A DNA stretch of 64,000 nt from Acetobacteraceae bacterium (GTDB lineage Bacteria; Pseudomonadota; Alphaproteobacteria; Acetobacterales; Acetobacteraceae), in the NCBI GenBank assembly GCA_035535035.1, contig DATLQW010000184.1, positions 15,535 to 79,534 of the forward strand, in the 5' to 3' direction. Positions 1 through 9,403 of the stretch are shown one piece after another. Numbering within the stretch: the stretch's first letter is position 1; every line of letters begins with the position of its first letter. Below the pieces are notes generated by a model. That model was not told where the DNA came from. It searched no databases and was given only the letters and a program-made list of their open reading frames with translations. A program made the translations under genes and the position numbers.

Positions 1-421
1 CGCGGCCGTCGCTCATCGCGATCTTCTCGGTCATCGCGAAAACCCGGTGGGTCGAGAACACGAATGTGCTGCGCTCGGGTGTTACCAACCCGCGCTGGAT
101 CGCGCGGCCGGCTTCCATCAGTTCCGAGGCGATTACCAGATCGACATCGCCCGGGGCGGGCATCAGCGCCAGCACCGGCTGCTGTCCGGCCGAGGCACCC
201 GCTTCGGCCTGGGGGAAGAATTCGAGGTAGTAGATCGTCGCGCCGGTGCGTTGCGCCACGCCGGGCACCGAGGTGGATTGCGCAACGAATCCGCTGGCTT
301 CCGCGGCTTCCACCAGCCAGTCGGCCAGCACGCCGCCGCCCTCGCCGCCCATCGCCAGGATCGCGACGGTGATGGCACGTGTGCCAAGCGCGGCCTCGGG
401 CGGCAGCGGGGCTTCAGGCAT
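1..421 (-). CDS. iorB: indolepyruvate/2-oxoacid:ferredoxin oxidoreductase beta subunit (IorB-like), N-terminal part; gene runs off the window
   Basis: Own translation of minus strand from ATG 421..419: MPEAPLPPEAALGTRAITVAILAMGGEGGGVLADWLVEAAEASGFVAQSTSVPGVAQRTGATIYY... Start overlaps the iorA stop (ATGCCTGA), implying translational coupling. Confidence 0.7.
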   Translation of the reverse strand, partial: MPEAPLPPEAALGTRAITVAILAMGGEGGGVLADWLVEAAEASGFVAQSTSVPGVAQRTGATIYYLEFFPQAEAGASAGQQPVLALMPAPGDVDLVIASELMEAGRAIQRGLVTPERSTFVFSTHRVFAMTEKIAMSDGR

Positions 422-2528
422 GGGCGGACGGCGCGAACCAGCCGATCACCGCGGCGGCGACCTGCGCGCGCCAGCGTTCCCAGCGGCTGGGGTTGGTGAC
501 GATCCGCGCGCGATAGAACGAGGGGCACAGCACCGCCGCATGCGCGACCTCGCCGCACAGCCCGCAGCCCACGCAGCTCTCCTGCACGGTGGCGACCGGG
601 TCCTGGCGCAACGGATCGGGATTCGGCTTCACCGTCAGCGACGGGCAGCCGGACAGGCGAATGCAGGAACGGTCGCCGGTGCAGGTGTCGCCATCGACGC
701 CGAAACGGTCGCGCTCCACGCGCTTTCCCGCCGCTGCCGCTTTCGCCATCAGCGGGCGCTCGCGGCGCTGGCGGTTCAGCATGCATTCGGAGGATGCGAT
801 GATGACCTTCGGTCCCTTTTCCCGCGTGGTCAGCGCCTCCTTCAGCACGTCGCGCATCCGCGCCAGGTCGTAGGTGCGGGTGACCTCGCGCACCCATGTC
901 ACGCCGACCCCCCGCACCGCGCGCGCGATCGGATTGCCGGTGCCACGCCGGCTGGACGCACGCGACGACAGAATGTCCTGGCCCCCGGTGGCGGCGGAAT
1001 AGAAATTATCTACCACGACAAGCACGTTGTCGGTCTTGTTGAACACCGCGTTGCCGACCGACGAGGCAAGCCCGTTGTGCCAGAAGCCGCCGTCGCCCAT
1101 CACGCTGATGGTGCGCCGGTTGGCATCCTTGGCATTCAACGCCGCGGCACCTGCCCAGCCGAGGCCGTAGCCCATCGTAGTCGCGCCGATGTTGAACGGG
1201 GGCAAAATGGAAAACAGGTGGCAGCCGATGTCGCAGCTCACGTGATGCGGGCCAAGCTCGCGTTCCACCAGCTTCATGGCGGTGAAGATCGGCCGTTCGG
1301 GACAGCCGGTGCAGAAGCTGGGCGGACGCGGATGCACGTGCTTCTCCAGACCGGACGGCTGCACCGGCGCGGGCGGCTGCACAGTGTTCGGCCGCAGCCC
1401 GGGCAGATAGCGCCCGACGAACGATTCCAACCCGGCGCGCACCACGCCGGCGGTGTATTCGCCCGCCATCGGCAGCAGGTCTTTCCCGTGCACGCGCGTC
1501 TGAATGTCCGCTTTGCGCAGGATCACGTTGATCGCCTGTTCGAGGAACTCGGGCTGGCCTTCCTCCACCATCAGCACCGCGCGCTTGCCGGCGCAGAAGC
1601 GCGTCACTTCCGCGTCCACCAGCGGGTAGGTGACGTTCAGCACATAGAGCGGAATGCGGCTGTTGCCGAATGCATCCGACAAGCCCATGAGCTGCAGCGC
1701 GCGGATCAGGCCGTTGTACATGCCGCCCTGCATGATGACGCCGACGTCCTGCGCGCCGTCCGCGAACGTCTCGTTCAGCCCATGCTCGACGATGAACCTG
1801 CGCGCGGCAGGCAGGCGGTCGCGGATTTTCTCCTGTTCCTGGGTGTAGCTCGCGGGCGGCAGCACGATCCGGCTGACGTCGCGGCGCGGGTGCTCCATCG
1901 CGTCTTTCAGGCCGAACGCTGGGCGTACGTTGTCCTTGGCGATGAAGCGGCCGTGCACGTGGCAGGCGCGGATGCGAACCTCCAACATCACCGGCGTATT
2001 GGACGCTTCGGAGAGCGCAAAACCCTCCTCCACCATCCGCACGATGCTGGGCAGGTTGGGCCGCGGATCGAGCAACCAGATCTGCGACTTCATGGCGTAG
2101 GCGTGGGTGCGCTCCTGCATGATGGAGCTGCCTTCGCCGTAATCCTCGCCGATCACGATCAGCGCGCCGCCGGTAACGCCGCCGGACGCGAGATTCGACA
2201 GCGCATCGGACGCGACGTTGGTGCCGGCGGTGGATTTCCAGGTCGCCGCGCCGCGGAGCGGATAATTCACCGAGGCCGCCAGCGTCGCCGCGGCGGCAGC
2301 CTCGCTGGCCGAGGCTTCGAAATGCACGCCGAGTTCGTCGAGAATGTCCTCGGCGTCGGCCAGAACGTCCATCAGGTGCGAGATCGGGGCGCCCTGGTAT
2401 CCGGCGACGTAGGACACGCCGGACTGCAGCAGCGCCTTCGTGACGGCCAGGATGCCCTCGCCGCGAAACTCTTGCCCCGCCCTGAGTCGAAGTTGCCCGA
2501 CCTCCTTCCTGAAGGATCGTTCGGCCAT
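414..2528 (-). CDS. iorA: indolepyruvate ferredoxin oxidoreductase alpha subunit (TPP-dependent, C-terminal 4Fe-4S cysteines)
   Basis: 704-aa ORF. Has a GDGGFWHNG thiamine-PP type motif and C-terminal CVGCGLCGE...CPSFY ferredoxin-like cysteines. N-terminus is typical of IorA (recalled homology). Confidence 0.85.
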   Translation of the reverse strand: MAERSFRKEVGQLRLRAGQEFRGEGILAVTKALLQSGVSYVAGYQGAPISHLMDVLADAEDILDELGVHFEASASEAAAAATLAASVNYPLRGAATWKSTAGTNVASDALSNLASGGVTGGALIVIGEDYGEGSSIMQERTHAYAMKSQIWLLDPRPNLPSIVRMVEEGFALSEASNTPVMLEVRIRACHVHGRFIAKDNVRPAFGLKDAMEHPRRDVSRIVLPPASYTQEQEKIRDRLPAARRFIVEHGLNETFADGAQDVGVIMQGGMYNGLIRALQLMGLSDAFGNSRIPLYVLNVTYPLVDAEVTRFCAGKRAVLMVEEGQPEFLEQAINVILRKADIQTRVHGKDLLPMAGEYTAGVVRAGLESFVGRYLPGLRPNTVQPPAPVQPSGLEKHVHPRPPSFCTGCPERPIFTAMKLVERELGPHHVSCDIGCHLFSILPPFNIGATTMGYGLGWAGAAALNAKDANRRTISVMGDGGFWHNGLASSVGNAVFNKTDNVLVVVDNFYSAATGGQDILSSRASSRRGTGNPIARAVRGVGVTWVREVTRTYDLARMRDVLKEALTTREKGPKVIIASSECMLNRQRRERPLMAKAAAAGKRVERDRFGVDGDTCTGDRSCIRLSGCPSLTVKPNPDPLRQDPVATVQESCVGCGLCGEVAHAAVLCPSFYRARIVTNPSRWERWRAQVAAAVIGWFAPSAHA

Positions 2529-3310
2529 TACCGCGCCACCAGCGCCAGTACGTGGCAGGGGCTGCCGGTGCCGCCCGCGATCTTCAACGGCGCGGTGATC
2601 AGGATCGCGCCCTTGGGCGGCAGTTTATCGAGGTTCGTCAGGCTCGCAAGACCGAACTTGTTCGCGCCGTGCATGCCGGCATGGCACGGGAACGGCGGGT
2701 CGAAGCGGAACGCCTGGCCGGCGTCGGTGCCGACCGTTTCCGTTCCGAAGCCGATCACGTCACGCTGCCGCACCAGGAAGCTGACCGCTTCGGGCGAAGG
2801 ACCTGGCGAGTGCGCGCCATTCTCATCGGCGTTCAAAAAGGTGGCGGTATCGGTGCGGCGGGACCAGCCGCTGCGCAGCAGTACCCAGCTTCCCGGCTCG
2901 ATGCGGCCATGCCGCGCTTCCCAGTCGGCGATGCCGTTCGGTGTCAGCAGGAAATCGGCGTCGGCGTCGCATGCGGCGGTGCAGTCGATCACGTTCGCCG
3001 GGGCGACCAGGCGGCGCGACGGGATCTTGTCCAGCGTGTTGTCCGGCAGGTTCTTGCCGGTGATCCAATGCACCGGCGCGTCGAAATGCGTGCCGGTGTG
3101 CTCGCCCAGCGAGATGTTGTTCCACGCCCAGGCGGGGCCGCGGTCGTCGTAGTTTGAGATGCGTTCCATCCTGAAGGGCGCGGACTGGCCGAACGGCGGC
3201 GGCAGGCTGATGATCGGCGTCTCCGGTTCCAGCGGTTGCGCCAGATCGACCACTTCCACGGCACCGGATGCCAAAGCCGCGGCCAGCTCCGCCAAAATGT
3301 CCCGTCCCAT
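2528..3310 (-). CDS. cyclase family protein (kynurenine formamidase-like)
   Basis: 260-aa ORF with HTGTHFDAPVHW metal-binding motif typical of the putative cyclase family. Stop overlaps the iorA ATG (TAATG). Confidence 0.8.
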   Translation of the reverse strand: MGRDILAELAAALASGAVEVVDLAQPLEPETPIISLPPPFGQSAPFRMERISNYDDRGPAWAWNNISLGEHTGTHFDAPVHWITGKNLPDNTLDKIPSRRLVAPANVIDCTAACDADADFLLTPNGIADWEARHGRIEPGSWVLLRSGWSRRTDTATFLNADENGAHSPGPSPEAVSFLVRQRDVIGFGTETVGTDAGQAFRFDPPFPCHAGMHGANKFGLASLTNLDKLPPKGAILITAPLKIAGGTGSPCHVLALVAR

Positions 3311-3505
3311 CGCACCCTCCGTTGTCCGGCCTGGTGCGCAACTTAGACCGGGGTATCTTGCGTCTCAACTATGTTCTATCGCTGTGTCACTGAGCAGCGC
3401 AGGTCAACCGGTCATTGCGACGAGCGCCTCGCAATGACGGGCGGGCGCGCTTGACCGCGGCCTTGGCGGGGGCTTCGCTGCACGGGAAAGCGGGAGGACA
3501 AGGCC

Positions 3506-4219
3506 ATGGCGGCGAAGCAACCGGTGGCGATCGTGTTCGACACCTTCGGAACGGTGGTGGACTGGCGGGGCAGCCTGATCGCCGAGCTGACCGAATTCGG
3601 CCGGCAACGCGGCATCGCAGGCGATTGGACCGGCTTGGTGGATGCCTGGCGCGCCGCCTATCACCCGTCGATGGACCGGGTCCGCAAGGGCGAGCAACCC
3701 TGGACCACGCTCGATCGCCTGCATCGCGCGTCGCTCGACCAACTGGTGGTCCAGTTCGGCATTTCCGGCCTGACCGAGGCCGACCTGCAGCACATCAACC
3801 GCGGCTGGCACCGGCTAACGCCATGGCCGGATTCGGTGCCTGGCCTCACGCGGCTGAAGCGCCGCTACATCATTGGTCCACTGTCGAACGGCAACGTGTC
3901 GCTGCTGACCAACATGGCGAAGCACGCGGGCCTTCCGTGGGACATGGTGTTCGGCTCCGACCTGTTCGGTCATTTCAAGCCCGATCCGGAGACCTATCTC
4001 GGCGTTGCCCGATTGCTCGATCTGGAGCCGGGCCAGGTAATGCTGGGGGCGGCACACAACGGCGATCTGGCGAATGCGCGGAAATGCGGGTTGATGACCG
4101 GGTTCTTTCCGCGACCGACGGAATATGGACCGCACCAGAAACGGGATTATGCGGCGGAGCAGGAGTGGGATGTTGTGGCGACGGATATCGAGGACATGGC
4201 GGGGAAGCTTGGGTGCTGA
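3506..4219 (+). CDS. HAD-superfamily hydrolase, haloacid dehalogenase type II-like
   Basis: 237-aa ORF with N-terminal IVFDTFGTVVDW (DxxGT nucleophile motif). Confidence 0.7.
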   Translation: MAAKQPVAIVFDTFGTVVDWRGSLIAELTEFGRQRGIAGDWTGLVDAWRAAYHPSMDRVRKGEQPWTTLDRLHRASLDQLVVQFGISGLTEADLQHINRGWHRLTPWPDSVPGLTRLKRRYIIGPLSNGNVSLLTNMAKHAGLPWDMVFGSDLFGHFKPDPETYLGVARLLDLEPGQVMLGAAHNGDLANARKCGLMTGFFPRPTEYGPHQKRDYAAEQEWDVVATDIEDMAGKLGC

Positions 4220-4352
4220 CAGGCGCGACAGAGAACGCGGTGGGATTTCGCCACAAAGACACCGAGCCGCAAGGACCTTCCAAATGCGCCGCGCCGGCCT
4301 GACTTCCTTGTGTCTGTGTCGTGAAACCTGGTTGTGAACGGGAGGAAACACC

Positions 4353-4724
4353 ATGCCAACCGATTTGGTCGACATAGAGCATGTGCTGCAAACCTATTTC
4401 GACGGGCTGTACGAAGGCGATACCACTAAGCTGGGGCACGCGTTCCACGACGTGGCGCACCTGTTCAGCGTCGAGGACGGCAAGCTGGCGGACCTGCCGC
4501 GCGCGCAATGGATCGAGATGGTGCGCGGGCGCCAGTCGGCGCAGAGCCGCGACCTGGCGCGGCGCGACTGGGTGGTGCAGATCGACCGCTCCGGCCCGAC
4601 CACCGCGTTCGCCAAGGTGCAGTGCCAGATTCCGCCGCGCTATTTCACCGACTACCTCACGCTGGCGAAGCTGGCCGACGGCTGGAAGATCGTGTCGAAG
4701 ACCTTCCATACCGAGACGCGGTGA
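4353..4724 (+). CDS. NTF2-like small protein (putative lumazine-binding/SnoaL-like family)
   Basis: 123-aa ORF. YFDGLYEGDTTKLGHAFHDVAHLF pattern recalled from NTF2-like lumazine-binding family. Confidence 0.55.
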   Translation: MPTDLVDIEHVLQTYFDGLYEGDTTKLGHAFHDVAHLFSVEDGKLADLPRAQWIEMVRGRQSAQSRDLARRDWVVQIDRSGPTTAFAKVQCQIPPRYFTDYLTLAKLADGWKIVSKTFHTETR

Positions 4725-4845
4725 TCACCATGGCCGGCACAGCATTATTTCCCCTCCGCTTGAGGGAGCGGGTTGGGGAGACGGGTTCGTGCGATTCGTG
4801 CCGACCCCTCCCGCCAGCCCCCTCCCTCAAGGGGAGGGGGAGGAA

Positions 4846-6558
4846 ATGACAACGTACGACTACATCATCGTCGGCGGAGGCTCCGCCGGATCGGTGCTCG
4901 CCAACCGGCTGTCGGCGCGCAGTGCCAACAAGGTGCTGCTGCTGGAAGCCGGGCAGGACACGCCGCATGGCAAGGTGCCGAAGGAGATTCTCGATTCCTA
5001 TCCCGGCACCGCCTATCTCGATCCGCGCTTCCACTGGACGGAACTGAAGGTCACCACCGAGGTCATTCCGCACAACCGCCCCGACGCACCGCGTCCGCCG
5101 CAACGCAAATACGAGCAGGCGCGGGTGCTGGGAGGAGGGTCGTCGATCAACGGGCAACTGGCGAACCGTGGCGCGCCGACCGACTACGACGAGTGGCACG
5201 CGCGCGGCGCGACCGGATGGAACTGGGACAGCGTGCTGCCGTTCTTCAAGAAGGTCGAGCGCGACATGGATTTCGACGGCCCGTGGCACGGCAAGGAGGG
5301 CCGCATCCCGGTGCGCCGCATCTTCCCCGATCTGTGGCCGGAACATGCGAAGGCCGCGGGCGAGGCGTTCCGGCAGGCGGGCTACGAGTTCCTGACCGAT
5401 CAGAATGCCGAGTTCCGCGACGGGTATTTCCCCATTACCATTTCCAACGTTTATGAGCGGCGGGTGTCGGCGGCGATCGGTTATCTCGATCCCGGCACGC
5501 GGATGCGCGAGAACCTGACGATCTCCACCGACACGCAGGCGCTTGGGCTGCTGTTCGAGGGCCAGCGCTGCACCGGCGTGCAGGCGCGGGCCGGCGGGCG
5601 GACAACAGAATTCCGCGGGAGGGAAATCATCTTGTCCAGCGGCGCGATCCATTCGCCGGCGCATCTGTTGCGCGCAGGGATCGGTCCGGCCGGCCCGTTG
5701 CGCGAGATGGGGATCGCGGTGCGCGCCAGCCTGCCCGGAGTCGGGCAGCGGCTGCAGGACCATCCGGCGGTCGCGGTGGCCGCGTTCATCAAGCCGCACG
5801 CGCGCATCATCCACGACTACACGCGGCGGCACATCTACACCGCGCTGCGCTACTCGTCCGGGCTGGACGGCATCCCGCCCGGCGACATGTTCACCGTCGT
5901 CACCAACAAGACGTCCTGGCACGCGGTGGGAGAGCAGATCGGCTCGTTCATCATCACGGTGTACAAGACGTATTCGGAGACGGGGCAGGTGAGGCTCGCC
6001 TCGCCCGATCCGCGCGACGAACCGGTGGTGGAGTTCAACCTGCTGTCCGACCCGCGCGACCTGGAGCGGATGATGGACGGGGTGCGGCGGTTCGGCGCGC
6101 TGCACCTGACGCCGGAGATGCAGGCGGTGACCTCCGATCCGTTCCCCGCGAGTTATAGCGACAAGGTGCGCCAGGTCGGCCTGATCAACCGCAAGAACAA
6201 ATTGCTCACCGACGCAATGGCGCGGTTGCTGGATGGTCCGGCGAGCCTGCGGACCTGGCTGATCCGCAAGCTGATCATGGAAGGGGTCACGCTGGAGGAC
6301 CTGATGCGTGACGACGACCAGTTGGAGGCTTTCGTCCGCAAGGCGGCGGTCGGGGTCTGGCATGCCTCCTGCTCCTGCCGGATGGGCGCCGACGACGATC
6401 CGATGGCGGTGACCGACCCGGCCGGCCGGGTGCGCGGGATCGAGGGGCTGCGCGTGGCGGATGCCTCGATCTTTCCGGTGGTGCCGTGCGCCAACACCAA
6501 TTTCCCGGTGCTGATGACGGCGGAGAAGGTGGCGGACGCCATCCTGGCGGGGGCATAG
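4846..6558 (+). CDS. GMC-family FAD-dependent oxidoreductase (choline dehydrogenase-like)
   Basis: Start chosen at ATG 4846 (MTTYDYIIVGGGSAGSVLANRLS = GMC N-terminal FAD motif). The longer ORF from 4381 reads through the previous gene and a repeat element. Confidence 0.85.
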   Translation: MTTYDYIIVGGGSAGSVLANRLSARSANKVLLLEAGQDTPHGKVPKEILDSYPGTAYLDPRFHWTELKVTTEVIPHNRPDAPRPPQRKYEQARVLGGGSSINGQLANRGAPTDYDEWHARGATGWNWDSVLPFFKKVERDMDFDGPWHGKEGRIPVRRIFPDLWPEHAKAAGEAFRQAGYEFLTDQNAEFRDGYFPITISNVYERRVSAAIGYLDPGTRMRENLTISTDTQALGLLFEGQRCTGVQARAGGRTTEFRGREIILSSGAIHSPAHLLRAGIGPAGPLREMGIAVRASLPGVGQRLQDHPAVAVAAFIKPHARIIHDYTRRHIYTALRYSSGLDGIPPGDMFTVVTNKTSWHAVGEQIGSFIITVYKTYSETGQVRLASPDPRDEPVVEFNLLSDPRDLERMMDGVRRFGALHLTPEMQAVTSDPFPASYSDKVRQVGLINRKNKLLTDAMARLLDGPASLRTWLIRKLIMEGVTLEDLMRDDDQLEAFVRKAAVGVWHASCSCRMGADDDPMAVTDPAGRVRGIEGLRVADASIFPVVPCANTNFPVLMTAEKVADAILAGA

Positions 6559-6651
6559 GGCGGGGCCTGGTCCGCCGAGTTGCCAGTTGGGGCGGGGGTT
6601 GCTATAGCGCCGCCCCTGCCGGTGGCTGGCCGATGGATCGGGGCCGGCTGG

Positions 6652-6727
6652 GGGCGCATAGCTCAGTTGGTAGAGCGGCTGACTCTTAATCAGCGGGCCG
6701 TAGGTTCGAGTCCTACTGCGCCCACCA
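6652..6727 (+). tRNA. tRNA-Lys (anticodon CTT)
   Basis: Hand-folded cloverleaf: acceptor GGGCGCA/TGCGCCC, anticodon loop CTCTTAA, T-arm GTAGG-TTCGAGT-CCTAC, encoded CCA. Confidence 0.9.
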
Positions 6728-6731
6728 ACAG
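6679..6731 (+). repeat. attL core (3' part of tRNA-Lys), 53 bp
   Basis: CTGACTCTTAATCAGCGGGCCGTAGGTTCGAGTCCTACTGCGCCCACCAACAG, identical to 21939..21991 by hand alignment. Confidence 0.85.
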
Positions 6732-6993
6732 CCCCTTGAAAAACCTAGCTTTTTCCTTCCGTCCCCGGAAATTCCCGAATATCCCCCCAATAATGTCCGC
6801 GTGGTGTCCGCAGATCGGGCCGCGTTGTGGCCGCTTTGGCTAACGCATGGGCGGTAACACCGTCAGGGTGTGCCAGGACAGGGCTGGCGTGGCGTCGATG
6901 CCGCTTGGGGGCCATGGCAGCACCAGCGCGGCGGACGGGCGCGGCGCGCTGTGTCCGCACCCGTGTCCGCAACCGGGTCCGCTCACAGCCCCG

Positions 6994-7760
6994 TCAGCCC
7001 GGCCTGCATACGGGGGGGCGGCCGGCGGCGGTGATCCGTAGCAGGTCCGGCGCCGGCATCGCGGCGTCATACTCGGCCAGCAGCCGGTCCGGCGCGGGGG
7101 TTCCATGCGGGCAGCAGGACATTGCGCTCACTTCGGCCCGTCCGGACGGCGGTATCGACGGTGAACGCGGGGGGCAGAGTGGCCAACTTGGCCACTCTGG
7201 GTATGACCCCCGCAAGTGGCCAAGTTGGCCACTTGCCCTCTCACCTCCATGCTTCGTCCGGATGCAGCTCGCTTCGGCCGCCGCACTCCGCGGTGTCGGC
7301 GGTGAAGCGGTCAACCGAGGTCGCCAACTTGGCGACCTCGCTCCGCGACTTCCCGGCATTCGTGCCGCCAGTCGCTCCATGCTTCGTCCCCGGATGCAAT
7401 GCTCGCTTCGGCCGGTGCGGGCGGCGGTGTCGGCGGTGAAGCGGGGGGCGGCGGTAGCTGATGCAGTCGCCAAGTTGGCGACTGCACTCCAGCGGACTTC
7501 CGCGCCTGCATGTCCCGCCTTCGTCTCCGGATGCATCGCTCGCTTCGGCCGGCGCGGGCGGCTGTGTCGGCGGTGAAAGCGGGCGCCAAGTTGGCGCTTG
7601 CTGACCCCTGCCGCGCCAAGCCACCAGCAACGTGCGCCTTCGTCTCCGGATGCAGCGCCTCGTAGGCCTCCTTCCTTCTCCGCGTGAACATCGCCCGTTC
7701 CGCCACGGTCCTACGCGAAACGCCGCTCGGCGACAAAACCGTGATCTGCTCTGTCGGCAA
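6994..7760 (-). pseudogene. parB-like gene remnant (C-terminal part only) with tandemly amplified, frame-broken HPETK...RFTADTA...GRSER module
   Basis: Three minus-strand frames each carry pieces. Examples: EAYEALHPETKAHVAGG..ANLAPAFTADTAARAGRSER; MHPETKAGH..ANLAT..RFTADTAARTGRSEH; LHPGTKHG..VAKLATSVDRFTADTAECGGRSE. There is no ParB N-terminal domain upstream. Confidence 0.45.
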
Positions 7761-7835
7761 CCAGCGCCCCCGTCCAGATCGCCGATCGCCGCGCGCAGCG
7801 TCGCGTGATCGTGGGGAGCCGAGCCGTGTCCAGAC

Positions 7836-8174
7836 CTACGGGAAGGCGGTCACGAATTTCGGGGCACCGCTGGGCAGGTCGATAACCCATACCGTCGTGA
7901 TGCACGGGTTCCGGCCGTCCGGCGTCGAGAGAGTGCAGCGCACGCAGTATTTCGTGCCGTACGAGGTCGGCTGCACTCGCGCTACCTGGTTCGCCCGCGG
8001 GTGGCCTAACAGCGCATCCCGCATTTCGGTCCAGCGAAGCCTATCGAAGCCGAAGGCGTTGAAAAACGCCGCTTTCCCGCCATTGCCGGGATGGGCAGGA
8101 TCGAGCAGGTAGTCCCGCACCTTCGCTGCCGCCACCATCGCCGCGTAGGCATTGGGCAGCAACGCCCCGCTCAT
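7836..8174 (-). CDS. DUF6883-like protein
   Basis: 112-aa ORF with KVRDYLLDPAHPGNGGKAAFFNAFGF signature recalled from DUF6883. 4-nt overlap (ATGA) with the upstream small gene. Confidence 0.6.
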   Translation of the reverse strand: MSGALLPNAYAAMVAAAKVRDYLLDPAHPGNGGKAAFFNAFGFDRLRWTEMRDALLGHPRANQVARVQPTSYGTKYCVRCTLSTPDGRNPCITTVWVIDLPSGAPKFVTAFP

Positions 8175-8401
8175 TCAGCAACGGCCGCCGCTTCCACCGT
8201 CGCAACCGCATGGAATGGCGCCTGGAACTCCACCTCGTAGGCGCGCTCGGCCTGATAGACATGAACCACCGTCCCTGTCGCGCCGCGCGGGAGCAACCGC
8301 CCATCCGCCTCCACGGGAGAGGCAAGCGAGATCAAGCTAAGTTCCGGGTGACGGGCACCGGGGGCGACGGTTGTCTGCATGGGGCGCACTCCTAGGCACA
8401 A
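8171..8401 (-). CDS. DUF4926-like small protein (start may be ATG 8380)
   Basis: The motif GATGTVVHVYQAERAYEVEF resembles DUF4926. Translationally coupled to the DUF6883-like gene. Confidence 0.55.
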   Translation of the reverse strand: MCLGVRPMQTTVAPGARHPELSLISLASPVEADGRLLPRGATGTVVHVYQAERAYEVEFQAPFHAVATVEAAAVAE

Positions 8402-8468
8402 TATGGGACACTACCGCATATTAGTGAAGGAAACGCTACAGGTGCCCCGAGGGTAGGCTGGCGATAGT

Positions 8469-8497
8469 TCTGGACCGGACTACTCCTCCGGTCCAGA
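8469..8497 (-). terminator. hairpin (11-bp perfect stem, 7-nt loop) downstream of the NYN gene
   Basis: TCTGGACCGGA-CTACTCC-TCCGGTCCAGA read directly. No clear U-tract. Confidence 0.35.
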
Positions 8498-8743
8498 TCG
8501 GGACCATGCCCGGTCAGTCGCCGCGGTACTGCACGGCATTTCCTCCGCCACGGTGCGCAGCACTGCCCAGAACGCGGCGCCGGCCGGATCAGCGGCGGGT
8601 GCGGGGCCGGCGCTCAATCCAGCGGCCGGCGCTGCGCATCATGCGCGACGCGGCGAAGCTCGGCCGCCAGTTCTGGCTCCTATATATGGAACCGCTCCGG
8701 GTCGCGGCGACCGGGCGGGTCCAGCCGGCCCTGTCTCCCGCGA

Positions 8744-9403
8744 TCAGACCCAGCTCACCGGCTTGGCGATCGGTGTGCCGTCGGCCTGGATGATCGGATC
8801 GGGAAACTGGCATGCCGCTAGGTCGCTCACGCTGATGCGGCGGATGAAGCTCGCGGCCCGGCTCAATTCGGGGTTGGGATTGGTAACCGGCGAGAGCAGA
8901 CCGACCGGCTTGTGCAGGATTTGGGTGGCAATGCGGATCGGCTCCACCAGGTCGCTGTCGTTCGAGATGACGGCGGCAACGTCGTAATTGCCTTGGAAGG
9001 CGTCGAGCAGCAGGTGGCAGGCCAGGTTCACGTCCGACCCCTTTTCCTCCACCTTCACGACCTTGACCACATCCGGCCAGGGTTGAGGCAGGGTCAGGCG
9101 TGGGCGAAAGTCTGGCGGTTTGGCTAGCCCGGAGAATTTCTCGGACACGAGGAAGGTGCCCAGATGGATGCTGACTTCCGGCACGGTCCGGAGCGCATCG
9201 AGGTAAATCTGCTGGCGGGCGGGCGCTGTCGGATCGATCCGGCCGGAGACGTGCGCCGTGTAATAGCGGACGCCCGTAACGTGGTTGTCGGACTTCAGCA
9301 GTTTTTCGGCCAGGGTCTTGATGTTGAGCCATTTGAGCGCCGGCCTTTTATCAAGGAGGCGGTAGTACAGATTGAAGCCATCAACATAGATAATGGTGCG
9401 CAT
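8744..9403 (-). CDS. NYN (LabA/PIN-like) domain protein
   Basis: Start chosen at MRTIIYVDGFNLYY. KGSDVNLACHLLLDA and AAVISNDSDL are typical NYN acidic motifs. Confidence 0.7.
   Translation of the reverse strand: MRTIIYVDGFNLYYRLLDKRPALKWLNIKTLAEKLLKSDNHVTGVRYYTAHVSGRIDPTAPARQQIYLDALRTVPEVSIHLGTFLVSEKFSGLAKPPDFRPRLTLPQPWPDVVKVVKVEEKGSDVNLACHLLLDAFQGNYDVAAVISNDSDLVEPIRIATQILHKPVGLLSPVTNPNPELSRAASFIRRISVSDLAACQFPDPIIQADGTPIAKPVSWV

Noticed and set aside
246-3152. 968-aa + strand ORF spanning the iorA and cyclase region
   Set aside because: It is antisense to two well-supported minus-strand genes. The composition is Arg/Ala/Gly-rich with no motifs, typical of a high-GC shadow ORF.
6745-7100. 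ORFs just inside attL (6827..7576 +, 6745..6972 -)
   Set aside because: The sequence is low-complexity and overlaps the putative arm-site repeats and the parB-like remnant. There is no coding signal.
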